Shown in pieces: positions 31,995 through 41,850 of a stretch of DNA of 64,000 nucleotides. Position numbers and translations under genes: made by a program. Each line of letters opens with the position of its first letter. Within the stretch, counting starts at the first letter, position 1. The DNA comes from a virus: positions 32,001 through 96,000 of the IMG/VR virus record IMGVR_UViG_3300045988_011313; one strand, written 5' to 3'. A model generated the notes under the pieces. That model saw nothing but the letters and a program-made list of their open reading frames with translations, did no database searches and was not told the DNA's origin.

Positions 31995-32668
31995 CATTAG
32001 ATGAATACTTTGGAGATTGGATGAAAGTAATTGATAGGGCAGAGCTAAACAATGTAATGGCTAAGGTTGGACAGGAATATAGGAGGAAGCCTCTATGTCC
32101 TGCCCAATCTGATGTGTTCAGAGCATTTGAGCTTTGTCCTCTCAAGGACTTAAAAGTAGTTATGTTAGGTCAAGACCCCTATCCACAAAAGGGAGTTGCA
32201 ACTGGCATACTTTTTGGTAACAAGAAGGAGGTTGATGAGGATAACTTGTCTCCTTCATTAAATGTTGTTAAAGAAGCAGCCATTAATTTTGAGATTCCAC
32301 ATTATTGTATTACCTTTGACCAAACTTTAGAGAGTTGGGCTAAACAAGGAATACTAATGATAAACTCAGCTTTGACTGTGGAGATGAACAGGATAGGCTC
32401 CCATGTGATGATGTGGAGACCTTTCATAGCTAAACTGTTGAAAAACCTGTCTGAATATGACACAGCCATAGTATATGTGCTATTTGGCAGACAGGCTCAG
32501 ACTTTCAAACCTTATATCAATAGTAGATTCAATCACATTATAGAGATTGAACATCCTGCATACTTTGCAAGGAGTGGCACTAAGATGCCACACCAACTAT
32601 TTATTGATATAAGTAATAGAGTAAAAGGAATTTATGGTGTACCAATAAAATGGTACGAAGAGTATTAA
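31991..32668 (+). CDS. ung: Uracil-DNA glycosylase, family 1-like (225 aa)
   Basis: Water-activating loop VVMLGQDPYP, later IEHPAYFARSG (HPSP-loop equivalent), and an MINSALTV segment. Confidence 0.75.
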   Translation: MTLDEYFGDWMKVIDRAELNNVMAKVGQEYRRKPLCPAQSDVFRAFELCPLKDLKVVMLGQDPYPQKGVATGILFGNKKEVDEDNLSPSLNVVKEAAINFEIPHYCITFDQTLESWAKQGILMINSALTVEMNRIGSHVMMWRPFIAKLLKNLSEYDTAIVYVLFGRQAQTFKPYINSRFNHIIEIEHPAYFARSGTKMPHQLFIDISNRVKGIYGVPIKWYEEY

Positions 32669-32690
32669 TATTAAACAATAAAAAAACAAA

Positions 32691-33242
32691 ATGGAAAAGA
32701 TTTATTTGACAAATGGTAAGGAAGTACAGATTGGAGACATTCTGACTAAAGTATCTAAAGTGAAAGACCCTTTCTTTGGTAAGGGCACTATAGTTCAGCA
32801 CGTTGCAGTGACTGAAGACATTCTTCCTGAACTACTTGAACTTGGCATTGTTACTACTGTTAAACCTAAAAAGCCAGTAGCTGAGACTGAGGTTCCTATG
32901 GAGTTGGAGTACTACATTCAGAAGATTGCAGAGAAGCTTGGTTGGAAGATTGAGAAGGTCTATAACTATCTCAATAGTGTAGATACTATTCTTCCTGCTG
33001 CTGCATTCTCTATGGTACTTAGAGAAATAGCCATTGAGTTGGACAAGAAGTATAAGGACCACATTGAGAAGAGTCCTGAGATTTATGTAATCTCTATGTT
33101 TGATGGTAGAATTACAAAGGCTAATAAGGCTCACATTAAGAACTATAGGAACTTTGCAGCGTTTAGGTCTGTAAATGATGCTAAGATTGCTTGCAGAATT
33201 ACAAAGGATATTCTTAAAGAAATGTTCAAAAGTGGTAAATAA
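32691..33242 (+). CDS. Hypothetical protein (183 aa)
   Basis: ORF track. Confidence 0.7.
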   Translation: MEKIYLTNGKEVQIGDILTKVSKVKDPFFGKGTIVQHVAVTEDILPELLELGIVTTVKPKKPVAETEVPMELEYYIQKIAEKLGWKIEKVYNYLNSVDTILPAAAFSMVLREIAIELDKKYKDHIEKSPEIYVISMFDGRITKANKAHIKNYRNFAAFRSVNDAKIACRITKDILKEMFKSGK

Positions 33243-33726
33243 GAAAATCAGAAATGCCACACAGAGTAGTTCTAAGGGTATAACATTCAAATCCCAGTTG
33301 GAGAAGAGCATATACAACACTCTTCTTCAACAAGGATTTGAACCTCAATATGAGCCAATTACCTTTACTTTGTGGGAGGGTTTTAAGCCTATTACCCCAT
33401 ATTATGACAAGGAGACTGATAAGCAGAAAATCAAAAGATTATCAGATGGCACAGACATCCGTACTTCAAAGATACTTATTCAGAAAACAGGTAAAATTGT
33501 TGGTATCAGATATACACCAGACTTTTACTTCAAGTATAATGACCTTAATGTTTATATTGAGGCAAAAGGTATTGAGAATGATGTATTTTATATCAAGAAG
33601 AAGATGTTTATAAAATATCTTGATAACCTGTACATTGAAAAAGGTAAAAAATCAATCTATTTTGAGGTATATACCAAAAAGCAACTCTTGCAGGCAATAG
33701 AAATTATCAAGAGTTATGGACAATAG
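33175..33726 (+). CDS. T7 endonuclease I-like PD-(D/E)XK Holliday-junction resolvase (start uncertain; GTG at 33232 is plausible)
   Basis: GIRYTPDFYFKYNDLNVYIEAKG matches the YTPDF...E.KG core of endonuclease I. An ATG at 33175 would overlap the upstream gene by 68 nt. Confidence 0.55.
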   Translation: MMLRLLAELQRIFLKKCSKVVNKKIRNATQSSSKGITFKSQLEKSIYNTLLQQGFEPQYEPITFTLWEGFKPITPYYDKETDKQKIKRLSDGTDIRTSKILIQKTGKIVGIRYTPDFYFKYNDLNVYIEAKGIENDVFYIKKKMFIKYLDNLYIEKGKKSIYFEVYTKKQLLQAIEIIKSYGQ

Positions 33727-34033
33727 AGAACCAGTAGACATAATAAAGGCTTTGATTCCATCATTGCCTAAGGGAGATGCAAAGCTTGCACATAAGTTCC
33801 TGAATAGTAGGGATTTTGAGTCTCTTCAGCTCTTAGTTGATTCATCTCTTGTCAGAGTAAAGAAAGGTCTTAGTAGGGAAAACCCTAAGGAGGAGTACCT
33901 GAGAGCAGACCTTGGAGAAATGGGGAAATTGAAGTCAGAAATAGATACCTACTGTGAGGCTCTTGAGTTGCCAGAGCGAGAGGGTGAATATGAAGATTTC
34001 AATAGTGAAGAATACAATCAAGATTATTATTAA
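33716..34033 (+). CDS. Hypothetical protein (105 aa)
   Basis: ORF track. Confidence 0.65.
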   Translation: MDNREPVDIIKALIPSLPKGDAKLAHKFLNSRDFESLQLLVDSSLVRVKKGLSRENPKEEYLRADLGEMGKLKSEIDTYCEALELPEREGEYEDFNSEEYNQDYY

Positions 34034-35082
34034 TGGAGAGAAAATCTTTAAGAAGTATATCTTGGGATGTGTCTGAAGAAACATATAGGGCAGACCCAGC
34101 ACTAAGTTATTCAACTCTTGCAAGATATGAGAGGGAAGGATTCAATAACTTGGATAAATTATTTAACAGGTTAGAGACACCTTCTCTTACTTTTGGTAGT
34201 GCTGTGGACAGCATTATCACAGGTGGTCAAGAAGAGTTTGATGAAAGGTTTATGGTTGCTGAGTTTCCTTCCACTCCAGACTCTATTACAAAGATGGTAA
34301 AATCTTTGTTCAGTCAGTATAGAGATTCTTATAGGAGTCTTATTGCAATTCCTGATGATGCAATCATTAAGGAGACTGAATATCAGAGTTATCAAATGAA
34401 CTGGAAGCCTGAGACAAGGGCTAAGGTTATCAAGGAGAAAGGAGTTGACTACTATAACCTGTTATTTATAGCAGGTAGTAGGACTATACTTGATACTCAG
34501 ACCTACCAAGATGTGTGCAATGCAGTAAGGGCATTGAAAGAGAGTAAATCCACTCAGTTCTACTTTGCAGAGAATAGTCCATTTGAACCAGACATTGAAA
34601 GATTCTATCAGTTGAAGTTCAAAGGAGAGTTCAATGGTGTAAAGTATAGAAACATGGCTGACTTAATTATAGTCAATCATAAGGAGAAGTGGGTAAAGCC
34701 AGTAGATTTGAAAACAAGTTCCCATACAGAGTGGGATTTCTATAAATCCTTTGTAGATTGGAGATATGATATTCAAGCCAGGCTATATTGGGCTATTATA
34801 AGGCAGAATATGGATAAGGATGAGTATTTCAAAGACTTCAAGCTGCTTGACTATGATTTCATTGTAGTTAATAGGAGAATCCTTGTCCCATTAGTATGGA
34901 CTTGTCCATTTACAAAGGCAGTAGGTACATTGAAGTTTGGAAAGAATGACCAAATAGAAATGAGGAGTCCTTTTGTGATAGGAGAAGAGCTTTCTTCTTA
35001 TCTTACTTCCAGACCAAAGGTGCCTATGGGAATTAGTGAAACTGGTCCTAATGATTTAAGAGAATGGTTAAATACATTGTAA
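34033..35082 (+). CDS. PD-(D/E)XK (RecB/YqaJ-like) exonuclease candidate (349 aa)
   Basis: MADLIIVNH...VKPVDLKTSS fits the D-x(n)-(D/E)-x-K motif. Confidence 0.5.
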   Translation: MERKSLRSISWDVSEETYRADPALSYSTLARYEREGFNNLDKLFNRLETPSLTFGSAVDSIITGGQEEFDERFMVAEFPSTPDSITKMVKSLFSQYRDSYRSLIAIPDDAIIKETEYQSYQMNWKPETRAKVIKEKGVDYYNLLFIAGSRTILDTQTYQDVCNAVRALKESKSTQFYFAENSPFEPDIERFYQLKFKGEFNGVKYRNMADLIIVNHKEKWVKPVDLKTSSHTEWDFYKSFVDWRYDIQARLYWAIIRQNMDKDEYFKDFKLLDYDFIVVNRRILVPLVWTCPFTKAVGTLKFGKNDQIEMRSPFVIGEELSSYLTSRPKVPMGISETGPNDLREWLNTL

Positions 35083-35083
35083 T

Positions 35084-37243
35084 ATGCAAGTAGTAAAAAG
35101 AGATGGTAGTATAGAGGAATTTAATGTTGATAAGATTATAAGTGCTGTGGAGAAAGCCTTTAAGTCTTGCAACAAGGAAATGCCTCAGTATCTGTATGAT
35201 ATGCTTGGTGCTTTGTTTGGCACTTTGGAAGGAGATACTATAGGTATTGAGGAGATACAGAATAAGGTTGAGGATGTTCTTATGAATGACAAACACTTTG
35301 ATGTGGCAAAGAGTTATATCATTTATAGAGAGCAACATAAGCAGGCAAGGTTCATTAGGGAAAGAATTGATTATATGAATGAGTATAGTCAATCCAATGA
35401 GAATGCAGCTACTTCATCAGAGACAGATGCCAATGCAAATGTAACCATGAAGAATGTTGCTAACCTTGAGGGTGAAGTGTATAAGACTACTAATAGGGTT
35501 ATTCAGAGGCAAAGGATGAAAGACAAGCTGAATGAAATGTACCCTGAAGTAGCCAAGAAGTATGAAGAGGATTTGAACTCTCATATCATTTATACACATG
35601 ATGAAGCAACCACTCCTGTCTTGAAGCAGTATTGTATGGCTGTAAGTCTATATCCCCTTATGATGGAAGGAGTAGGTAATATTGATGGTATCACTCCAAC
35701 ACCTCCTAATGACTTGCAATCATTCAGTGGTCAAGTAACTAATCTTATCTTCTTGTTATCCTCCCAGTGTAAGGGTGCAGTGGCAGTAGGTGAATACTTT
35801 ATTGCCCTTAACTATTACATTGTACAGGAGTTTGGACCTAATTGGTATGAAAAGTTAGATGTAATAACTACTACAGACCATTGCAGTAAGCAGAGGACTA
35901 TCAGAGATGCTATATATAAGGCATTCAAACAGTTTATCTATGGTGTAAATCAGCCTGCTGGTAATAGGAGCTACCAAAGCCCATTTACAAACATTTCATA
36001 TTATGACCATACATATTTTGATTCACTGTTTGGGGAGTTCTATTATCCTGATGGTACTAAGCCTCAATGGGAAGCAGTAGATTGTCTACAAAGGCTGTTT
36101 ATGAAGTTCTTCAATAAGTTGAGAACCAAGCAGATTCTTACATTCCCTGTAGAGACAATGGCTATGGTGTATGACCCTAAGACCAATGATATTATAGATA
36201 AGAACTATAAGGACTTTACTGCTGAAATGTATGCAGAAGGTCATAGCTTCTTCACCTATATATCAGATAGTGCTGATAGTCTTGCATCATGTTGTAGGTT
36301 GAGAAATGAGCTTGCAGAGAATACTTTCAATCCTACATCAGGTCTTACTGGTGTAATGACTGGTAGTTGTAATGTTATCACTCTTAATATCAATAGGATT
36401 GTACAAGATTGTAATAAGGCTTATGGATTGAAGAGGAATGGAGGATGGAAAGAAAATACTTCATTTCTTAGGGATTACTTGGTAGATATTCTCCAAAGAG
36501 TCTATAAGTATCATATTGCATTCAAGACTATGCTCTATGACCTTGAAGATAAGGGGATGTTTGCTGCTTCAAATGGTGGATATATTCACATAAGCAAGTT
36601 ATACAGTACCATAGGTATCAATGGCTTGAATGAGGCTGCAAGATTCTTAGGTATGACTGTTGGTAACAACAAGGAATATATTGAGTTCCTGCAACTGGTT
36701 CTTGGTACTATCAAAGAGCAGAACAAGATACATTCTATTCATAATGCCCATAGACCATTCTTATTCAACTCTGAGGTAGTTCCTGCTGAAGGATTGGGAG
36801 GAAAGAATTATAGATGGGACTTACAAGATAATTACTGGGTTCCTGAAGATGAAAATCTTTATAACTCATATTTCTTTGATGCTCATGATAATACTTCAGT
36901 ATTAGATAAGATGATTTTGCATGGAAGGCAGACAGCACAATATTGTGATGGAGGCTCAGCTTGTCATATTAATCTTGAAGACCATCTGAGTAAGGAGCAA
37001 TATCTCAAGCTAATAGACTTTGCTATAGCTAATGGAACCAACTACTTCACATTCAATATTCCTAATAGTAAGTGTGATGATTGTGGCTACATTACTAAGC
37101 ATCCTATCACTGAATGTCCAAAGTGTCATAGTAAGAACATCACCCAATATACTAGAGTGATTGGCTATCTTAGACCTATTAAGTCATTTGGTAAGGATAG
37201 ACAAATAGAAGCAAGTAAAAGAATTTATAGTAAAAATATTTAA
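35084..37243 (+). CDS. nrdD: Anaerobic ribonucleoside-triphosphate reductase (class III) (719 aa)
   Basis: N-terminal ATP-cone VVKRDGSIEEFNVDKIISAVEKAF; C-terminal Zn ribbon CDDCGY...CPKCHS; glycyl-radical motif TRVIGYLRP. Confidence 0.85.
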   Translation: MQVVKRDGSIEEFNVDKIISAVEKAFKSCNKEMPQYLYDMLGALFGTLEGDTIGIEEIQNKVEDVLMNDKHFDVAKSYIIYREQHKQARFIRERIDYMNEYSQSNENAATSSETDANANVTMKNVANLEGEVYKTTNRVIQRQRMKDKLNEMYPEVAKKYEEDLNSHIIYTHDEATTPVLKQYCMAVSLYPLMMEGVGNIDGITPTPPNDLQSFSGQVTNLIFLLSSQCKGAVAVGEYFIALNYYIVQEFGPNWYEKLDVITTTDHCSKQRTIRDAIYKAFKQFIYGVNQPAGNRSYQSPFTNISYYDHTYFDSLFGEFYYPDGTKPQWEAVDCLQRLFMKFFNKLRTKQILTFPVETMAMVYDPKTNDIIDKNYKDFTAEMYAEGHSFFTYISDSADSLASCCRLRNELAENTFNPTSGLTGVMTGSCNVITLNINRIVQDCNKAYGLKRNGGWKENTSFLRDYLVDILQRVYKYHIAFKTMLYDLEDKGMFAASNGGYIHISKLYSTIGINGLNEAARFLGMTVGNNKEYIEFLQLVLGTIKEQNKIHSIHNAHRPFLFNSEVVPAEGLGGKNYRWDLQDNYWVPEDENLYNSYFFDAHDNTSVLDKMILHGRQTAQYCDGGSACHINLEDHLSKEQYLKLIDFAIANGTNYFTFNIPNSKCDDCGYITKHPITECPKCHSKNITQYTRVIGYLRPIKSFGKDRQIEASKRIYSKNI

Positions 37244-37247
37244 TAAT

Positions 37248-37508
37248 ATGGCAAAGAATGAAGTTTTAGCAGCGACTGCTGCACTAATGACAAGTGAAAA
37301 TTACAAAGATAGGTTTAAGGCTGAATATATACAGCTTAAAAACAGGTATGAAGGGCTAAAAAGAATGACTGATAATTGGGATAATGGTACCCTTAGTTTC
37401 ACTCCTACCTGTCCAAGGACTACATATAATTTTCAGTTGAGTGCTATGAAGGATTACCTCAGTATTCTTGAAATAAGGGCTAAGATAGAAGGAATTAATT
37501 TAGAGTAG
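37248..37508 (+). CDS. Hypothetical protein (86 aa)
   Basis: ORF track; lies between nrdD and nrdG. Confidence 0.65.
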   Translation: MAKNEVLAATAALMTSENYKDRFKAEYIQLKNRYEGLKRMTDNWDNGTLSFTPTCPRTTYNFQLSAMKDYLSILEIRAKIEGINLE

Positions 37509-37510
37509 AT

Positions 37511-37999
37511 ATGCTAAAGTATGCAGATGCAAAAGTAGTCTTTGCTGAAGTGCCAGATGAAGTAACTCTTGCTATCAACATATCTAATTGTCCATGTCAA
37601 TGTAAGGGCTGTCATAGCTCTTACTTGGCACAGGATATTGGGAAAAGACTTTCTTTTAGGTCTCTTCATGAACTAATTATTGAAAAGAATAAGGGAATTA
37701 GTTGTGTGGCTTTCATGGGAGGAGATAGTGACCCAAGTAGGATTAATACTTTAGCCTCTTTCCTCAAGGCACATCATTATCCTGTGAAGATAGCTTGGTA
37801 TAGTGGGAGACAAGAGTTAAGTAATCACATTGACTTGTATAACTTTGATTATATAAAACTTGGACCATATAAGGAAGAGTTTGGTCCACTTAACAGTAGG
37901 ACTACCAATCAGAGATTTTATAAGGTTAGTGGTGGAGAATTAGTAGATATAACAAGCAGATTTTATGACAGAAATTTGGAAACCTGTAGTGGGATATGA
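37511..37999 (+). CDS. nrdG: NrdD-activating radical-SAM enzyme (162 aa)
   Basis: Cys cluster NCPCQCKGCHS near the N-terminus; adjacent to nrdD. Confidence 0.7.
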   Translation: MLKYADAKVVFAEVPDEVTLAINISNCPCQCKGCHSSYLAQDIGKRLSFRSLHELIIEKNKGISCVAFMGGDSDPSRINTLASFLKAHHYPVKIAWYSGRQELSNHIDLYNFDYIKLGPYKEEFGPLNSRTTNQRFYKVSGGELVDITSRFYDRNLETCSGI

Positions 38000-38180
38000 A
38001 AGTCAATATCAAGTATCAAGCCTTGGTAATGTAAAATCCCTTAATAAGGGAATATTAATGTCTCCCTCTACTACTCCTAATGGATACTCTATAATTGCCT
38101 GTAGAGGCTATTATACTAAGAATAGTAGGAAATATCCTGTAAAGTCAGCTTATGGGTATGTTTGGAGATATGCAAATTGA
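37965..38180 (+). pseudogene. Stand-alone NUMOD4-like module (71 aa): probable remnant of a homing endonuclease
   Basis: EIWKPVVGYESQYQVSSLGNVKSL is the NUMOD4 signature (W..I.G..G.Y.VS..G.V.S). No HNH or GIY-YIG catalytic domain follows. Confidence 0.5.
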
Positions 38181-38206
38181 TAAAAAAAAATATAAATTTT
38201 GGAAAC

Positions 38207-38740
38207 ATGAAACTGAAAATTAAAGTAAAAGTATTGACTAAGGGCTGTATGCCTGTGATTAATGAGAATGGTGATTGGATTGACCTTAGGGCAGCAGAGG
38301 ACATAGTATTAAAAGCCCCTCAAGCAGGTGTATTAAAGAGAAAGATTATTGATGGTGTAGAAATATCTCATAGAGATGTGACATTTGATACTAAATTGTT
38401 TGGACTGGGTATTGCAATGGAACTTCCTAAAGGATTTGAAGCTCAAGTATTACCAAGAAGTAGTACTCCTAAATTAGGATTCTTTCAACCTAATTCAGAA
38501 GCTGTTATAGACAGTGTTTATAATGGAAATAATGATGAATGGAGGTATTGGGCTACTGCACTGAGAGATACTACAATTCATAAAGGAGATAGAATCTGTC
38601 AATTTAGGATACAGCTTAGTCAGAAATCTACTATGTGGCAGAAGATTAAATGGCTGCTAAGTTCAGGTGTTGAACTTGTGGAAGTAGATGACTTGGGTAA
38701 TGATAACAGAGGGGGGATTGGTACTTCTGGTATCAAGTAG
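38207..38740 (+). CDS. dut: dUTPase (trimeric family) (177 aa; start trimmed to MKLKIKV)
   Basis: Motifs DLRA, LPRSS, VIDSVYNG, ICQ, and a C-terminal RGGIGTSG (motif 5). Confidence 0.75.
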   Translation: MKLKIKVKVLTKGCMPVINENGDWIDLRAAEDIVLKAPQAGVLKRKIIDGVEISHRDVTFDTKLFGLGIAMELPKGFEAQVLPRSSTPKLGFFQPNSEAVIDSVYNGNNDEWRYWATALRDTTIHKGDRICQFRIQLSQKSTMWQKIKWLLSSGVELVEVDDLGNDNRGGIGTSGIK

Positions 38741-38763
38741 TAACTAAAAAGAAAGTGTGAAGC

Positions 38764-39261
38764 ATGGTATTAGAAATAATTGGTATTATGCTTGCAGTAA
38801 TCATTTTATCTGTTATCATTAATGGTGTAGAAGATTATTGCAAGCAGAGTAAAAGGGTAAATATGTCTTTCAAAGAGGCTATGGATTTGGTAGAGTTGCC
38901 TGTGGTAACATTCCTTAATGGAGATAAGAAACTTAACTTCTTGTTGGACACTGGAAGTAACATCTCCCAAATCAACAGTTCTATTCTCCCTCTTATTGAC
39001 CATAAGAAGATAGAAGAAAAAGACATGGATGTGACAGGAATTGAAGGTAATAAGGTAAATACTAAGTTCTGTGAAATGACAATCACTTACAAAGGGCAAG
39101 AATTTGTAGGTGATTTCTGCATTCATGATTTGGATGATGCCTTTGCTATTGTTAAGGAAGAGTCTGGTGTGCAGATTCATGGCATCCTTGGCAGTCTGTT
39201 CTTCCAAAAATATAAGTATGTCTTTGACTTTGCCTCCTTAATAGCATATAGTAAGAAATAA
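38764..39261 (+). CDS. Membrane-anchored retropepsin-like aspartic protease (165 aa)
   Basis: N-terminal TM helix, catalytic LNFLLDTGSNISQI (D-T-G-S), later IHGILGSLFF (flap/dimer motif). Confidence 0.6.
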   Translation: MVLEIIGIMLAVIILSVIINGVEDYCKQSKRVNMSFKEAMDLVELPVVTFLNGDKKLNFLLDTGSNISQINSSILPLIDHKKIEEKDMDVTGIEGNKVNTKFCEMTITYKGQEFVGDFCIHDLDDAFAIVKEESGVQIHGILGSLFFQKYKYVFDFASLIAYSKK

Positions 39262-39530
39262 TGGAAGATATTATAAAACTTAGGTCCAGATATAGAGCTG
39301 AGAACTACCTCAAGAAAATGCCTAAACTTGATGGTGTTGATTCCAAAACTTATGTACTCAAGACTGATGTACCTACACTGAGAGTAGGTGAGGTTCAGGG
39401 AGGAAATAAGTTTATTGACCCATCAGGAGGTCCAATAATTGTGGTAGGTCATAAGCTTGAAGAAGCCAAGGCAGTTGTCAAGTCTATAGACTTTGTTGAA
39501 GGTTATGGATGGACTATAACATTTGAATGA
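39261..39530 (+). CDS. Hypothetical protein (89 aa)
   Basis: ORF track; coupled on both sides. Confidence 0.65.
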   Translation: MEDIIKLRSRYRAENYLKKMPKLDGVDSKTYVLKTDVPTLRVGEVQGGNKFIDPSGGPIIVVGHKLEEAKAVVKSIDFVEGYGWTITFE

Positions 39531-41839
39531 TGATATATTTTGTTACTGGTCAGAGAGAACTATTTGAGTTTCCTAATGCTAAGTATAAGTGTATCTCTGT
39601 AGAAGAATCTCTTAAAATATTAGAGCCTCTTCGAGTAGTAGGCTTAGATACTGAAACTACAGGTACAGAGATATGGCAAGGTAAATTGCTTACTCTTCAG
39701 CTTGGTAATAAGGAAAATCAAATTGTAATAGATTGTATAACTGTTGATGTCAAGCAGTATAAGGATTATCTTGAAAGTGGCAGGCTATTCATCATTCATA
39801 ATGCAAAGTTTGATTTAAGATGGCTGTATAAGGAACATATTGTAGTCAGAAATGTTTATGATACTTATTTAGCTGAAAAAATTCTATTTCTTGGATTTCC
39901 ACCTGGCATTGTATCTTTGTCCTTGCAGGCTTGTTGTGATAGGTATTTACATATCTATCTTGACAAGACTGTCAGAGGGCAGATACATGCAGGTATGACA
40001 GAAGAGGTTATAGTTTATGCAGCAAATGATGTTGTGCATCTTGAGGATATTATGAACTTGCAGCTTATTACTATCAATGCAAGAGGTCAGAAAGTGGCAC
40101 TTGATATTGAAAATGAGTTTGTAAGAGTCCTTGCATACATTGAATATTGTGGTATTAAACTTGACCCTGTTAAATGGAAAGCTAAGATGGCTAAAGATGC
40201 AGAGAGGTTAAAGATTGCTGAGCAAAAACTTAATGATTGGGTAATAGATTATGTAATGAAAAAGGGTGACCCCTCTCTTATTGCAAGAAACTATGACACT
40301 CACAAGAAAGGTAAGCCAGCCAAACTTGCAGATAATGTATATGTGGTAATACCACAACCATCATTATTTGCTGAGTTTGACACTGGACCTCAGTGCATCA
40401 TTAACTGGAATAGTTCTAAGCAGGTAATCAGATTGTTTGAGGAACTTGGGTTTGACCTATTGGTTAAAGACAAGAAAACAGGCAAGATGAAAAAGTCTGT
40501 AGAGTCTAAGTTTATAGAGTTGCAAGCAAGTAAGAGTAGTATTGTTCCTTTATACTTGGAGTATTCAGCAGCTTTCAAGGTAGTGACATCTTTTGGTCAG
40601 AACTTCCTTGATGCCATTAATCCTGTTACGCAAAGAATCCATCCAACATTCAATCAAATGATGGATACAGGTAGGTTATCTTGTGGTTCAGGAGGAAAAG
40701 GTAAAGGAGGCAAGACTAAAGATTATGATGTTGCAGAGGAGGTAGATGAGAACAAAGATACTTCTACACATACAAATGATAAGAGTGTTAATGTTCAACA
40801 ACTGCCAGCCACAGAAGAAACAAGGGCAGCATTTGTACCTGAAAAGGGTCATTTGCTGGTAGATTGTGATTATGGAGACCAAGAGGGTCATGTATTCACT
40901 GAACTATCCAATGATAGGGAATGGATTGCATTTTATAATGACCCTGACCAGAGAGATGGGCACTCCTTTGTAGCTAAGATGTGTTTCCCTAAAGACCTTG
41001 ATGGGGTTGCAGAGAAGGATGTCAAGAAGGTAAGAAAAGACCTTAGGGACTTGGCTAAGAAGGCAAGGTTCTGTTTCAATTATAATGGTCAGGCTCCAAC
41101 AATGGCAACTAATTGTAATATTCCTGTGGACTTTGCAACTGAGATTTATAACAACTATTTCAAGAGATTTAATGGTATAGCAAGCTATTTCAAGGTACAA
41201 AAGAGAGATATGTGGAATAGAGGCTATATCCTAATCTCAAAGATAACTGGATTAAGAGCATATATCTATGACTATCCTATACTGAAAGGTATTGAAATGA
41301 GAAAGAATGGTATGGAAGATTTCTGGGATATATACAAAGCTGCAAGAGATAGTGGTAGAGTAATATCTGAGATTCCACCACCTGTCATGCAAGAAATTGC
41401 AAAGAGGTTTGCTCAGGGTGCTCCTATTGAGGAAATAGCTGTTAGGTATTCATATAAGGTTAAGAAGGCAGGCAAGATAGAGGAAAGATTCATTGATATT
41501 AACAGAGAAACTGTATATGTGTCAGTGATGAAACACTTATGGAAGAGAAAGAGTGCTTCTGATAACCAGTCATGCAACTATCCCTCACAAGGTACTGCTG
41601 CTGCAATGACTAAGATAGCAGGTATTAGATACTTTAATCACTTGGTTAATGATGGGCTTATATTCAAAGTCCTCATCCCTAATGATGTGCATGATGAGTA
41701 TCTGATAGAGCCACCTGAAGAAATTGCAGAGCAGGAAGCTAAGAAATTAAGTGAGTGTATGGAGTATGCAGCTAATATCTTTTGTAAAAAAGTATCCATT
41801 AAGGCAGTTCCTGAAATTGCAGCCTGTTGGGTACATTAA
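39527..41839 (+). CDS. Family A DNA polymerase with 3'-5' exonuclease (770 aa)
   Basis: ExoI VVGLDTETTG, ExoII HNAKFDLRWL, ExoIII YAANDV; pol motif A LLVDCDYGDQEGHV, motif B RDLAKKARFCFNYNGQ, motif C VHDEYLIE. Confidence 0.85.
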   Translation: MMIYFVTGQRELFEFPNAKYKCISVEESLKILEPLRVVGLDTETTGTEIWQGKLLTLQLGNKENQIVIDCITVDVKQYKDYLESGRLFIIHNAKFDLRWLYKEHIVVRNVYDTYLAEKILFLGFPPGIVSLSLQACCDRYLHIYLDKTVRGQIHAGMTEEVIVYAANDVVHLEDIMNLQLITINARGQKVALDIENEFVRVLAYIEYCGIKLDPVKWKAKMAKDAERLKIAEQKLNDWVIDYVMKKGDPSLIARNYDTHKKGKPAKLADNVYVVIPQPSLFAEFDTGPQCIINWNSSKQVIRLFEELGFDLLVKDKKTGKMKKSVESKFIELQASKSSIVPLYLEYSAAFKVVTSFGQNFLDAINPVTQRIHPTFNQMMDTGRLSCGSGGKGKGGKTKDYDVAEEVDENKDTSTHTNDKSVNVQQLPATEETRAAFVPEKGHLLVDCDYGDQEGHVFTELSNDREWIAFYNDPDQRDGHSFVAKMCFPKDLDGVAEKDVKKVRKDLRDLAKKARFCFNYNGQAPTMATNCNIPVDFATEIYNNYFKRFNGIASYFKVQKRDMWNRGYILISKITGLRAYIYDYPILKGIEMRKNGMEDFWDIYKAARDSGRVISEIPPPVMQEIAKRFAQGAPIEEIAVRYSYKVKKAGKIEERFIDINRETVYVSVMKHLWKRKSASDNQSCNYPSQGTAAAMTKIAGIRYFNHLVNDGLIFKVLIPNDVHDEYLIEPPEEIAEQEAKKLSECMEYAANIFCKKVSIKAVPEIAACWVH

Positions 41840-41850
41840 AAAAAAATAAT

